This document shows positions 27,693 to 42,235 of a stretch of DNA of 64,000 nucleotides, piece by piece. The position numbers were made by a program, and so were the translations under genes. The notes below the pieces were generated by a model that saw only the letters and a program-made list of their open reading frames with translations, did not search any database and was not told the DNA's origin. Source of the DNA: Eledone cirrhosa (lineage: Eukaryota); the NCBI GenBank assembly GCA_964016885.1, contig OZ024743.1:67580001-67644000 (forward strand), written 5' to 3'. Numbering within the stretch: position 1 is the first letter of the stretch; each line of letters starts with the position of its first letter.

Positions 27693-29680
27693 AATACCTA
27701 TAACCGAACGCGCGGCGGCTTTGAAAGAGTAAAATATAATAGTATAGAAAATCGCACTAGGGAACGCGGCCATATTTTCAAATCCACAAACGATAGTATT
27801 GGTAGCTTACAACACAATAAGGATCACGACCCCGTTGACAGTGACCACTATAGCCTACTTGAATTATTCCCCTACTATAAGACCAACGAAGGCGATGGCC
27901 TTCTACCAACGCCTTCCAACCAACATCTTCCAATACTTAAACGTAGCAGAAAGAAGACGAGTGCACCCGAGCATAAAGCGAAAGGGACACGTAACGGACT
28001 ACAGCACAATAACATGCATTAGAACGGTCACCCCGATAGCACAACCCTGAGCAAACGTACAAAGACACGGAATCTCCACCGTAACGTCCTATGGTTCCAT
28101 TCTCCCTACTCTCGGAGTGTGGCCTCCGACTTACCCCGGATATTCTTCAAAGCCTTAGAGAAGAACTTCCCACCCAACCATAGGTATAGGAAAATCCTTA
28201 ATAGGAACAATATAAAAATATCATTCTCTACTACTCCTAACCTAGCAGACATCATAGGAACAACTAATCACAGTAAGATCACCAAGACACAGAACCTTAG
28301 CATAGATAAACCTACACCTGTCACGAACTATATCGGCCCGGACGAGTCCCTAGCAACACCAAATAGTGCGGGCGACAGCCACTACAGACGCAACCAATAT
28401 AACCTCAACATGACTGGGGAACATGCAGGTGACCTGCACGGGTCACCGGACGGCAACAGATGATGCTGCTGCATGCAGAATGATAATGGTACTATCCTGC
28501 ACGCGTTGGGCTATAATGGTACCAACGACAGGTGTAGGGACATAGGTAACAACATAGATAGCAATAATAACAGCCTTACCTTGGGAACTAGAAGGGACCG
28601 CGACCGAAATTGCAACTGCCGTGACAGGGGACGCTGCCCCCTTAGGGGTAACTGTCTGACTGATAGGGTTATTTATATGTGCACCGTAACTAGCCATAAT
28701 AGCGTTAAACATTATATAGGGGCTACCTCTGGCCCGTTCAAAAATAGGTTTCGAACATATCTCCACTCTTTCGCAAACAAGAAACTAAGACACTCCACTT
28801 CGCTCGCGAACTACATCACAGCCTTAAAAGACTCAAACATCAGCTTCTCCACGCACTGGGAAATTGTCGTTAGAGCAGCACCGTACAATTTCAAGAGAAA
28901 GTGTGAGCTTTGCATCATGGAGCTTTACCACATCATAACGGCACCCTACGAGCTCATCAACAGCAGAGCAAAAACGACGATAAGCTGTACAAACCGCTTA
29001 AAAATATCCTTCTTCAGATGGAATAAGAATGGGGAGTAAAAAACCGTAAACCAGGTGGCCCTGCACCAAATTTTAACACCCCGACGAGCAGGAGCTGCAA
29101 AATACATCCGTCAACTAACCATGCATCCCAGACCCGTCACAAATCGACCCTTGCGGGCAGGCGCAGCAAACAAACATCTGGAAAATAACGTTGCATACCT
29201 GATCCTGTGCGTATCGACAATGGTAAAGCTGAAACTACAAAAAAGTGAAGGATAAAAAGTGACATGGAGATTTGCTGCTCTAACACCGGTTAGAGTTATC
29301 TCCCTTGACCTACTGCAAAATCAATACATGTTTTCTTACGAAGAATGAACTGTGACGTGAACTTATTTCTAAAAACCCATTCCGGGTCATGTAAGGAACA
29401 CTTTTTAGTTTTTATGCCGTTGAGAAGTCCTTTCGTGCGAAACGTACGTAGGTCCTATTTTAAATAAACAGGTTTTAACGGTTTGTTCTCCTTTATATAT
29501 ATTTCTCAACGTGTATCCGCTCTGCTGTTATTCACGCCCACTAGATATTAACACTTCTAATATTTAAAACTGCAGGCACACGCATTGAGCACCCTTTGCA
29601 TATGCTATTGGCAAATAACTACATGTATCGCCTATTTCTTCTACTTCTTCTCTTACTCGATACATAATTACTCCATATAT
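27693..29680 (+). mobile_element. 5'-truncated Naiad-like PLE (thumb/linker + GIY-YIG + 3' UTR)
   Basis: RNVLWFHSPYS...FPPNHRYRKILNRNNIKISFS; CNC-x5-CPLxGxC; VIY...YIG.T...FK.R; WEIV...CELC; ends at a TA-rich tract. Confidence 0.85.
28053..29039 (+). CDS. PLE C-terminal region with GIY-YIG endonuclease; single in-frame TGA at 28461-28463
   Basis: ORFs 28119-28463 and 28473-29039 share a frame and are separated only by TGA-TGC-TGC-TGC. Confidence 0.8.
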
Positions 29681-29790
29681 ATACATATATATATATATAT
29701 AATCCTTATCGAGACCTCGTCAGTTTATATAGGAAAAGGTTCCGGACCCCGACGGCAGAGCTCAAGCCGTTTCGACGGCTAATTCTGTAC

Positions 29791-29834
<44 letters not shown>

Positions 29835-29911
29835 TAACAGATTAAAGTTTAAGCAAAGAATCGCTGCAAAGAAACCCCTTAACGGATTTTATTCTTCACA
29901 TTCATTATTAT

Positions 29912-30090
29912 ATTGGCAGTATCGGTAGAGAGTCGGACGCCATGCTTTCGAGCATAGTTACGTCCCTTTACGGTCTGAGTTCAAATCCTGCCGAGGTTTA
30001 CTTTGCCTTTTCTCCTTAAGGGGTCGATAAAATAAAGTACCAGTAATGCACTGGGTAATTTCTGGCCTTGTGCCTAAAGTAGAAACAATT
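29912..30090 (+). mobile_element. tRNA-derived SINE
   Basis: Same family as 23206-23380. Confidence 0.85.
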
Positions 30091-30094
30091 ATTA

Positions 30095-30190
<96 letters not shown>

Positions 30191-30798
30191 CTTCGTCGTG
30201 TTTTCGGCTGTGCGAACGATTGTTTAAGCATCGTCTCAGTGTGTTGGTATTAAACGTTAGTTATAGCTCTGGATTATCCAAACTATTGAGCACTTTGCCA
30301 CACATTTCGAAGATTGTGTTTCGTTATTTCGTGGGCCGAAGTTCCGATTCTCGATAATTTATTTGAATTTATATATATATATATATTAACATTGAATGAA
30401 AACCAGTTGTTGCCTAAACATATATTACTGTTGCTATGGAAGTCGACAACGTATTAAAGCACATCAGTGTCTAGTTTAGTCTTTCTAACTAACCTGGTTT
30501 TATAAAGGAGCGGCCGCGACACCCGATAAATCTTACAGGAAACTGAACGTAGTCATTTCGATACGGATTCTAAGCTGATATGGAACTTGGGTTTTATCAT
30601 GGTGTCTGCTTCAACAGTAACACTAAATATTTATACATTAAACACGTGTATATAATAATTCTTACACGAATATATTCATAATCCATGTCATATTGGTAGT
30701 CCAGCTATGTTACTGAAGCACATATGTCAGCCTATCTGTCTGTGTTTCTGTCTCTCTCTCGCTCTCTATCTCGCTCTCTCTCTCACCCTCTCTCTCTA

Positions 30799-30850
<52 letters not shown>

Positions 30851-31439
30851 ATTATACTTCCATTGTCTACACACGCGCAAACATACATATAAACGTTCAT
30901 ACATCCGTCCATCCACCCATACATCCATCCATCCATACATACATATATACATACATATGTAAATACATACATACTTACATATATACATACATAAGTAAAT
31001 ACATACATACATACATACATACATACATACATACATACATACATACATACATACATACATACATACATACATACATACATACATACATACATAAATACAT
31101 ACATGCATACATACATACATACATACATACATACATACATACATACATACATACATAGATATATACATCCTTTCATAACTATTTGGTACACGGTACTGGT
31201 TGACGTTTCTACATTGCTCATGCATCAGAAAGACTTATTTCAACTAACGCCATCCTGCTTACAGTAGAGTAATGTCTTTGAGGAGGGAAAAAAATGGCAA
31301 AATGGTGAATTCCAAAATGGTGAGATGTATAGTGAATTATATATTTTGTTGTATAATGTATGTCGGTCTCAAACAGTGTGTATGTTCGGTGATATCCCTG
31401 GTTCTTTGAATGTGTCGTCTTTGTTTGTATATGTGTGTG

Positions 31440-34045
31440 TGTTTAAGGATGGGTGTATGTAAAGAAGGGTATATATAAGGCTGTATGTTTGTGAGGATGT
31501 GTGTGTGTGTAACGATGTATGTGTGTGTAAGGATGTGTGTGTAACGATGTCTATAGAAGGATGAGTGTGTGCAAGGATGTGTGTTTGTGTAGGGATGTGT
31601 GTGTGTGTAAGGATGTGTGTGTGCGTAAGGATGTGTGTGTGTGAGGATGTGTATGTGTAACGATGTCTATAGAAGGATGCGTGTGTCTAAGGATGTGTGT
31701 ATACGGTTGTGGGTGTGTGTAAGGATGTGTATGTGTGTGTAAGGATATGTGTGTAAGGATGTGTGTGTAAGGATATGTGTGTGTAAGGATGTGTGTGTGT
31801 GTAAGGATGTTTGCATGTAAAGATGTTTGTGTGTGTAAAGATGTGCGTGTAAGGATGTGTGTAAGGATGTGTGTATGTAAGGATGCGTGTGTAAGGATGT
31901 GTGTATGTAAGGATGTGTGTGTGTGTGTGTAAGGATGTGTGCGTAAGGATGTGTGTAAGAATGCACGTATGTAAGTATATGTGTGTGTAAGGATATGTGC
32001 GTGTGTAAGAATATGTATGTAAGGATGTGTGTGTGTGTAAGGTTGTGTGTATGTAAGGATGTGTGTATGTAAGGATGTGTGTACGTATGCACGTATGTAA
32101 GGATGTGTTTGTGTAAGGATGTGTATGTAAGAATGTGTGTGTGTAAGGATGTGTGTGTAAGGATGTGTGTGAGTGAGGATGTGTGTGTAACGATGTCTAT
32201 AGAAGGATGTGTGTGTGTGTAAGGATGTGTGTGTGTGTATGGATGTACGCGTGTGTAAGGATGTGTGTGTGTGTAAGGATACGTGTGGGTAAGGATGTGT
32301 GTGTGTAACGGTGCGTGTGTGTGTAAGGCTGTGTGTATGTAACGATGTGTGTGTAAGGATGTGTATGTAAGGTTGTTTGTATGTAAGGATGGGTGTGTAA
32401 GGACATGGGTGTATGTAAGGATGTATGTGTGTGTAAGGATGTGTATGTAAGGATGTGTATGTAAGGATGTGTATGTGTAAGGATGTGTGTGTAAGGATGC
32501 ACGTATGTAAGGTTGTGTGTGTAAGGATGTGTGTGTAAGGATATGTCTGTGTGAGGATGTGTGTGTGTAAGGATGTGTGCGTGTAAAGATGTGTATGTGT
32601 GTAAAGATGTGTATGTGTGTAAGGATGTGTGTAAGGATGTGTGTATGTAATGATGTGTGTGTAAAGATGTGTGTGTGTGTGTGTGTGTGTAAGGATGTGT
32701 GCGTAAGGATGTGTGTAAGGATGTGTGCGTAAGGATGTGTGTAAGAATGCACGTATGTAAGGATATGTGTGTGTAAAGATCTGTGCGTGTGTTAGGATAT
32801 GTATGTAAGGATGTGTGTGTAAGGATGTTTATATAAGGATGTGTATGTAAGGATGTGTGTGTATAATGTAGTGTGTATTTAAGGATGTGTGTATGTAAGC
32901 ATGTGTTTGTGTAAGCATGTATATGTAAGGATGTGTGTAAGGATGTGTGTGTAAGGATGTGTGTATGTAAGGATGTGTGTGTAAGGATGTGTATGTGCAA
33001 CGATGTCTATAGAAGGATGTGTGTGTGTGTGTAAGGATGTGTGTGTAAGGATGCGTGTATGTAAGTATGTGTGTGTGTATGGATGCGTGTGTGTGTAAGG
33101 CTGTGTGTATGTAACGATGTGTGTGTAAGGATGTGTATGTAAGGTTGTGTGTATGTGAGGATATGGGTGTGTGTAAGGATGTGTGTGTGTGTAAGGATGT
33201 CTGTGTTTGTAAGGATGTGTGTGTGTAAGGATGTGTGTGTGTGTAAGGATGTGTGTGTGTATGGATCTGTGCGTGTGTAAGGATATGTATGTAACGATGT
33301 GTGTGTAAGAATGTTTGTTTAAGGATGTGTATGTAATGATGTGTGTGTGTGTAAGGTTGTGTGTGTGTAAGGATGTGTTTGTATAAGGATGTGTATGTAA
33401 AGATGTGTGTGTAAGGATGTGTGTGTAAGGATGTGTGTATGTAAGGAAGTTGTGTGTGTAAGGATGTGTATGTAAGGATCCTTACACACACACATCCTTA
33501 CACACACACATCATCACATACACACATCCTTATATACACACATCATCACATACACACGTCCTTTCACACACATCCTTTCACACACATCATTACACACACA
33601 TCCTTACACACACATCCTTACATACACATCCTTACACACACACTATTAAACACACATACTTACACACATTCATCCTTACACACACATCCTTAAACACATG
33701 CATCCTTACACATGCACACATACTTACACACATACACACACATTCTTACATACACATCGTTACACACACATCCTTACATACACCTAACATTACATACACA
33801 TCTTTAAACACACATCCTTACACACATCCTTACACACCCATCCTTACACACACATCCTTACACACACACACATCCTTACATACACATCGTTACACACACA
33901 CACATTCTTACATACACATCGTTACACACACACACATCCTTACACACACACACATCTCACACACACACACACATCTCACACACACATCGTCACACACATA
34001 CAGCCTTACATATAACCTTCTTTACATACACCCATCCTTAAACAC
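31440..34045. repeat. Minisatellite (GTAAGGAT(GT)n) that switches strand at 33477/33478
   Basis: 10-18-bp variable units; recurring variant AACGATGTCTATAGAAGGATG. Confidence 0.95.
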
Positions 34046-34413
34046 ACACACATATACAAACAAAGACGACACATTCAAAGAACCAGGGATATCACCGAAC
34101 ATACACACTGTTTGAGACCGACATACATTATACAACAAAATATATAATTCACTATACATCTCACCATTTTGGAATTCACCATTTTGCCATTTTTTTCCCT
34201 CCTCAAAGACATTACTCTACTGTAAGCAGGATGGCGTTAGTTGAAATAAGTCTTTCTGATGCATGAGCAATGTGGAAACGTCAACCAGTACCGTGTACCA
34301 AATAGTTATAAAAGGATGTATATATATATGTATGTGTGTATGTATGTATGTATTTATATATGTATTTATGTATTTATATATGTATTTATTTACTTATGTA
34401 TGTATATATGTAT

Positions 34414-35029
34414 GTTCTTCTGGTTTTATAATTTCACAAAGTTTTACCAATAGAGAGAGAGTCAGTTTCTAACATAGACACAAGACTCTCTCATTGGAAT
34501 TTACACAACATGAACTAAGTAGATATGTATGTATGTATGCATGCATGTGTAGATATGGATGTTATTGTATGTGTGGATGTGGATGTTTTGAGTTGTATGT
34601 GTGCATGTGTATATGCTTTGCATCTGTACATGTGTATATGCAGTTATTAGATGCAAACTTTTTGGAATGTTTTAGATATTTTTTCTGTTCCATTAATAGA
34701 TTGTAATTGTAATTTCCTAACTAGTTGTGTTATTTCTGTTCCTGTGAAGCCTAGCTTCTCAAGATTTGTATTTAGGCAGTTACTAACATACCCCATTGCC
34801 CCAATAAACACAGGCATAAATCTGAAGGTGTAATCAGGGTGGAGTGTCTGAATATTTATTATCAGTTATGCATATATATTCTCCTTTTCGCTAATCTTTA
34901 ATATTATATTGGCACCTGCTGGGCAGATAATTTCTACTACTGTGCATGCTTTTTTCTCCCCGTCCCAGATCATAATATCTGGTCTGTTATGCCTGATTTT
35001 ATTAGCATTTTAACTGGAACATTCCACCA
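34414..35029 (-). mobile_element. 3' fragment of R4/Dong-like LINE (paralog of 61030-61610)
   Basis: Colinear with 61030-61610, including the REL-region sequence; present in only one palindrome arm. Confidence 0.85.
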
Positions 35030-35096
35030 TTCATGTATGTGTGTATTTATGTATGTATATATATATGTATATATGTTTGTAAGCACGTATGTATAA

Positions 35097-35326
35097 AAGC
35101 TTCACGACACAGGCATTGCTTTATATCTTGAGATCTCTCAGCACTTATCGTCACATGATACCATGGGCCCAGCAATATGTGTCAATAATTGTCACAAGTG
35201 TACTGTTTGTACCAGAGTTTTTAAGTCGCTGGCTGGACTAAAAAAGTCACACTCGTTCAGCGCATCGCATATCCTACATGGATATAAATTAGTGGCCGTA
35301 CTCGAAAGCGAGTTGGCAGCCACCAT
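35097..35326 (+). mobile_element. RTE LINE 3' fragment
   Basis: HKCTVCTRVFKSLAGLK finger and tail GGCCGTACTCGA...GGCAGCCACCATG(TATG)n, as at 15060-15372. Confidence 0.7.
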
Positions 35327-35440
35327 GTATGTATGTATGGATGTATGGATGGATGTATGAACGTTTATAGGTATGAAATGCATCTATGTATATATATTCC
35401 CGTGTGAATCTCTCTGTTTGCGCGTGTGTACTCAATGGAA

Positions 35441-35647
<207 letters not shown>

Positions 35648-36140
35648 GGAGAGCGAGAGGGACAGACAGAAACACAGACAGATAGGCTGACATATGTGCT
35701 TCAGTAACATAGCTGGACTACCAATATGACATGGATTATGAATATATTCGTGTAAGAATTATATACACGTGTTTAATGTATAAATATTTAGTGTTACTGT
35801 TGAAGCAGACACCATGATAAAACCCAAGTTTCATATCAGCTTAGAATCCGTATCGAAATGACTACGTTCAGTTTCCTGTAAGATTTATCGGGTGTCGCGG
35901 CCGCTCCTTTATAAAACCAGGTTAGTTAGAAAGACTAAACTAGACACTGATGTGCTTTAATACGTTGTCGACTTCCATAGCAACAGTAATATATGTTTAG
36001 GCAACAACTGGATTTTACCCAATGTTAATATATATATATATATATATATATATGCAAAAGTTCTATTTAAAGTTGTTGGGATACAACAAGTAAATATTTT
36101 TATAACTGATATAAAGCACTCGACAAATTTTTGGAGTAGA

Positions 36141-38241
36141 TATACGATACTAATAAATGGAAACTATATTTATAAAACCATATTTATTTCATTATACATA
36201 TTTCAGGGATACCACATTAAATTATGGTATGCCTTCATCAGACAAAATACAATATATAACAGTTTTACAAATAGGTTTGACGTACCCTTTAAAATACAAC
36301 CATTACTTTTGGAGGCTGTCTGGATAGTGATTTGTTTATATAATAAGTCATAGTGTTAAGCACAATTAGAAAAAAAAGAGGAGAGAAAGAAAGAGAAAAG
36401 AACAAAGACAGAGAGAGAGAAAGAAAAGAGAAAGAAAACCTGGAGAAATATCGGAGAGAGAGAGAAATGTATGGAGAAAAGAAAGAGATAGATAAAGATA
36501 GGAGGAAATAAAAAAGAAAGAAAAAGAAGGAATAAGAAAAACAAAGGAAAGCAACAGAGAGATATCAAGTCATCATACAGAAAGAGAAACTCAAGAGAGA
36601 TAATACTATATAGAGAGAGGGGGACAGTGACAACTTTACGTCATGTCATATTAATTTGAGTTAACAATTTATATGAAATGAATAATAAAAATATAAATAT
36701 AAGTATCAATATTCATGAATGGGACATAGATATATAATATGAGATATTAAACATTGTTCAATAATGACCATATATTTAGTTTAGAAACTTGAGATCAATA
36801 TACCAAAATCTGAGTTCAAAATGTACCCTTGCTGTAGAGATTAGTATTTTATGCAAAGTCATACAAATATATATGTATATATACATACATATAGATACGC
36901 ACGTCCTGAAAATAGAAATTATGTTTACTCAAGCCAACAATATAGCCATACAAAACGTAAATGATTTCTCTTAATCACTGCTATACACTCATTGTGTTAT
37001 AAAAATTTCACAGTATATATATACAAATATATACGATTAACAATCATGTCCTCATATATACGATTACCATTCATGTGTTTCGTATTATGCACATCTGCAA
37101 CATACCTCTCAACCACATAGATATATACACATACATATATACACATACATATGTATAAATAAATATGTGCGTGCGTCCTCATGCATCACTCATGTATATA
37201 TACAGACACATATACAAACACAAACAAATCTATAACACTTTCTATGCATGTTAATACACACATATGCATTTGTATAGAGATAATCCAATATCAATAAATT
37301 ACCAAAGGATTATAATTTGTAAATACAACCATAACAATATAAATTTAAAATACCAAAGGAATATATTTTGGAAATGCAACTATATAGTCAAAACAAATCT
37401 AAAAATATCAAAGCATTAAATATCACTAAAACACTATAGAGTATCTTAAGTTAAAATAATATGTTTTATATATTTAGTATAGAAATTTATCCTCCGTATA
37501 TCTCAATCATGATATTGAGAGGGTAGACTTGAGAAAGTTATGAGAAGCTATCATAATCAAAACAAATAAAAATAATTTTAAAATAATTTAAAAGATAACC
37601 TTATATTTAATATAGAAATTTACCTTACGTATATTTTATTTAATACATTGGAAGTATATACATTTTAGAGTAGTTTATTATATCCATGTTTATATTTAGG
37701 AAGAAAGTTTAAAAAGAAAAAGGTGAAGGAATCTAATGGATTATCGACAGGTTCTATATATTAACTAAAATTACTTAATTAATTATACTACATTTTAAAT
37801 TTATATTTATATTTAAACGTTGAGTTCAATCTATGTTTGCAGCAACTGAATAAATTGTTCCTCAGATTAAGGGAATTTTTGGACTTTAATATAAAGAATA
37901 TTTCTTCAATACAAAGATCACAATTCTCTGAAGAGGAATTAAAAGGAGTAACTTTCTGAAATAATATTCCAATTCATCGAATATTTAATATTATCTCGTT
38001 TTAGGTCCCTTTTTTTTCTAATTGTGCTTAACACTATGACTTATTATATAAACAAATCACTATCCAGACAGCCTCCAAAAGTAATGGTTGTATTTTAAAG
38101 GGTACGTCAAATCTATTTGTAAAACTGTTATATATTGTATTTTGTCTGATGAAGGCATACCATAATTTAATGTGGTATCCCTGAAATATGTATAATGAAA
38201 TAAATATGGTTTTATAAATATAGTTTCCATTTATTAATATC

Positions 38242-38246
<5 letters not shown>
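36141..38246 (-). mobile_element. Naiad-like PLE relic with inverted pLTRs
   Basis: 36141-36378 is the reverse complement of 38010-38246; minus strand 37812-37972 gives WNIISE...NCDLCIEEIFFILKSKNSLNLRNNLFSCCKHR. Confidence 0.8.
38141..38196 (+). ncRNA. Type I HHR motif (mirror copy at 36191-36246, minus)
   Basis: TTGT-CTGATGA-AGG.ATACCA...TGGTAT.CCT-GAAA-TATG-TA; long well-paired stem II. Confidence 0.7.
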
Positions 38247-38281
<35 letters not shown>

Positions 38282-38284
<3 letters not shown>

Positions 38285-38549
38285 TAATGGTAGCTATGGT
38301 GCTTCCACAGGCGGTATGCCAGTTGAGCACTCTATATTCTTACAGAGCAGAGTGTGATATAATATAAAAAAACGAAAGATCAGTGATGCACCTAGACTCA
38401 GTTTATTGCGTGTTACAATTGTTTCGCCGGCAGATAGCCGAGACATGGTCAATGTATGGATCTGCCTGATTGAACATGTCTCGAGCTATCTGCCGGCGAA
38501 ACAATTGTAACACGCAATAAACTGAGTCTAGATGCATCACTGATTTTTC

Positions 38550-38553
<4 letters not shown>
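38282..38553 (-). mobile_element. Short fold-back element, family C
   Basis: About 84-bp arms 38370-38453/38469-38553; contains GAAA-CAATTG-TA half-HHR; paralog at 53686-53951; (TA)n flanks. Confidence 0.8.
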
Positions 38554-38615
<62 letters not shown>

Positions 38616-38670
38616 ATTTATAGTAATAATAAAGGTCAGGACTAGAAACTGAAGAGGGCCCGATTAGGAT

Positions 38671-38753
<83 letters not shown>

Positions 38754-38754
38754 G

Positions 38755-38818
<64 letters not shown>

Positions 38819-38843
38819 CATGTATATATATATATATATGTAT

Positions 38844-38909
<66 letters not shown>

Positions 38910-38925
38910 ACATATATAAATATAT

Positions 38926-38927
<2 letters not shown>

Positions 38928-38983
<56 letters not shown>
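38928..38983. repeat. (GATA)n microsatellite
   Basis: Perfect tetranucleotide run. Confidence 0.95.
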
Positions 38984-38985
<2 letters not shown>

Positions 38986-39684
38986 ATATAGACGGGTGTG
39001 TATGATTGTGTATAGAAGATTATATTAATAAAAGGAATTCCAACTTTGTCTGATTTACTCGTTTCATTTACGATCCTTTAACATTCATAATGGTATTACA
39101 ATTAAATAGTATGGTAGAATATTAAATGTATATATATATATGAATAAAATTAGAGCAAAAAGACAGCGCTGTCCGCCATCAGTGATCTTCCAGGCATCAT
39201 CGGTATTTCTTAGCATTAAATACCATATACCTCAGGCTGGTGCGAGCAGTAACTAAAAAAAGTTATTGGGACAAGTAGAATTGGGTGAGAAAGCGAGACA
39301 TGTAAACAAACAGAGATGGTAATGTAACGGAAAGAGAGGAAGATGAGAAACAAGTCCGTGATATCTGTGAACTTAAGTTCGAGCAAATCGTGGACGAGGA
39401 GAGACAGACGCGTCCAGACCCTGTGAAATGTGAGCGAGAAAAGGATTTCACACAGGTCAGACGGGAGGAAGTGAGAGAGGGGGAGTAGCAGAGAGTGAGT
39501 GAGCGAAAGTGTGGGGAAGAGGCCAGCCGAGAGAGGATGACTGGCAGAGAGGGTAAATGAAGGTAAGATATACCAGGAGAGAGAAAGAGGATAGCAGTAA
39601 GAAAGAAACAGACATGTCACAGCGGAGGGAAAAATATAAATGAAAAATGGAAAATAGCGTGCTGATATATATATATATATATGA

Positions 39685-40034
39685 AAATTAGGATTGGTGC
39701 ACTGAAATAGCGATGTATACATGAATATATATACAGTATATTTGGCAATATACTGTGTGCTAAATTAAAAATATTTTGAAGACACTTGCGCTATTATTTT
39801 AAAGTAGTGACTATGTCACTTACATCTTTTTTCAACAAACAAAGGTAGATAAGCTGTCAGATCTGTTTCACTGTTGGTGATCATCAGAGCTTAGCATTCG
39901 ATATTTGTTGAAAATTATAGATGCTGCATTCTTATAGAATTCCAGTAATACTCAGGAACTGATTATGCAGAGCGATTGCCGGTCCAGCACAAATTGAAAA
40001 TAAGCATTGGTGCTCTGAAATAGCGATGTATACA

Positions 40035-40083
<49 letters not shown>

Positions 40084-40110
40084 TATTTGCCAATATAGTG
40101 TATGCTTAAC
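39685..40110 (-). mobile_element. ~1.3 tandem units of the retrozyme-like monomer
   Basis: CTGAAATAGCGATG repeats at 39702 and 40015 (period 313); HHR at 39851-39892 with GUC changed to GAC. Confidence 0.8.
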
Positions 40111-40138
40111 ACATATATATATATGTATATATATTTCC

Positions 40139-40171
<33 letters not shown>

Positions 40172-40227
40172 TAATTATATATATACATATATATATATAT
40201 ATAAATCTCTTTTTCTCTCTCTCTCTC

Positions 40228-40345
<118 letters not shown>

Positions 40346-40882
40346 TGTGTGTGTGTATGTGTTGGTGGGGGGGGGGTATGTATGTGTATGTATGTGTGTA
40401 TCACAAATATCATATATAGAGAGAAAGATAGATAGATATGAAGTCTTCCCTCGGTGTTTCTAAATATACATTACCCTTTATTTATTACTCTTAAGTACAT
40501 TTACAAAAATACACATATTTCTGTGTGTGTGCAAGTGTGTATGATGGGTGTGTGTGCCTGTGTGTATAATGGGTGTGTGTGCCTGTGTGTATGAGATGTG
40601 TGTGAATATGTGTATATGATGGGTGTGTGGTGTGTATTTGATTGCTGTGTGTGTATGTGTATAAGATAGGTGTGTGTGCACGTGTGAATGAAAGGTGTGC
40701 GTGTATGTGTATATGGTGGTGTGTGGTGTGTATATGATGGGTGTGTATGTATGTGTATATGATGGGTGTGTGCAGGTATGGCTGTAAATATAGATATATA
40801 TCTACATTAATATATTTATATATATATATATTTACATTAATATATATATATACATACATATATATATACATATATAAATATG

Positions 40883-40926
<44 letters not shown>

Positions 40927-40964
40927 TATAGATATATATTTATATATATATATATATATAGATA

Positions 40965-41026
<62 letters not shown>

Positions 41027-41309
41027 TGTATATATATATATTCAGAGCACCAATTCTAATATATATATATATATAAATGAAGACATATATATATAGATAT
41101 ATAGATACATTAATATACACGTTATTTCACTGATCTTATCAATATATCTTTGCTACTTTTATCTTCTTACTTATAACAGTTAGGCTTAATATATATGCAT
41201 GAGTTTACACATACATATACACAACAAACAACACATATATCCACACATACGCACACATACGCAAACATACGCATATGAACCCCCCCACATATATATTTAT
41301 ATATGTATG

Positions 41310-41347
<38 letters not shown>

Positions 41348-41509
41348 TATATATATATTGCTTAAGAGAGGAATATGTGTGTGTATACTTTGTTGAAGAT
41401 TTTATATATATGCATGTATTTACACATATATATGCACAACAAATACTCATGTATCCATATATGCACACATCCATATATGCACACATATACGCATATTCAT
41501 CCCCACACC

Positions 41510-41569
<60 letters not shown>

Positions 41570-41923
41570 GACTCTCTTAAGCAATATATAAATATATATA
41601 TATATATATTTATATATATTGTGTAAGAGAGGCATATGTGTCTGTATACTTTGTTGCACATTTTAATGAATCATACACACATATACTTATATTCATATCA
41701 TATCGACACACCACCACTCAGACATATACGTACCCAAACTCAAACAAATGTATATATAAATATATAAATATATATATGTATTCCTGATGGTTTCTAAAGA
41801 ATGAAACAGTTCTAGTCCTGTAGAATCTCATCTATATATATATATATATATATATATACTAACCCATTTATACTCACATATATCTATGTATCTATCTATT
41901 ATCTATCAATTAAATATATATTA

Positions 41924-41981
<58 letters not shown>

Positions 41982-41996
41982 CGTGTGAATGCATCA

Positions 41997-42063
<67 letters not shown>

Positions 42064-42139
42064 TATATATGTATATATATATACACAATACATATATATA
42101 TTTATTTACACAAACACGTCTCTCTCCCCCGCTCTCCCC

Positions 42140-42235
<96 letters not shown>

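Noticed and set aside
31440-34045. CRISPR-like array or His/Thr-rich ORFs
   Set aside because: Units have no unique spacers, no cas genes are present, and the context is eukaryotic; it is a minisatellite
39160-39212. Minus-strand CCGATGA...GGA-CAGCGCTG-TC HHR-like motif
   Set aside because: Both core boxes deviate from consensus; possibly a dead copy but unsupported
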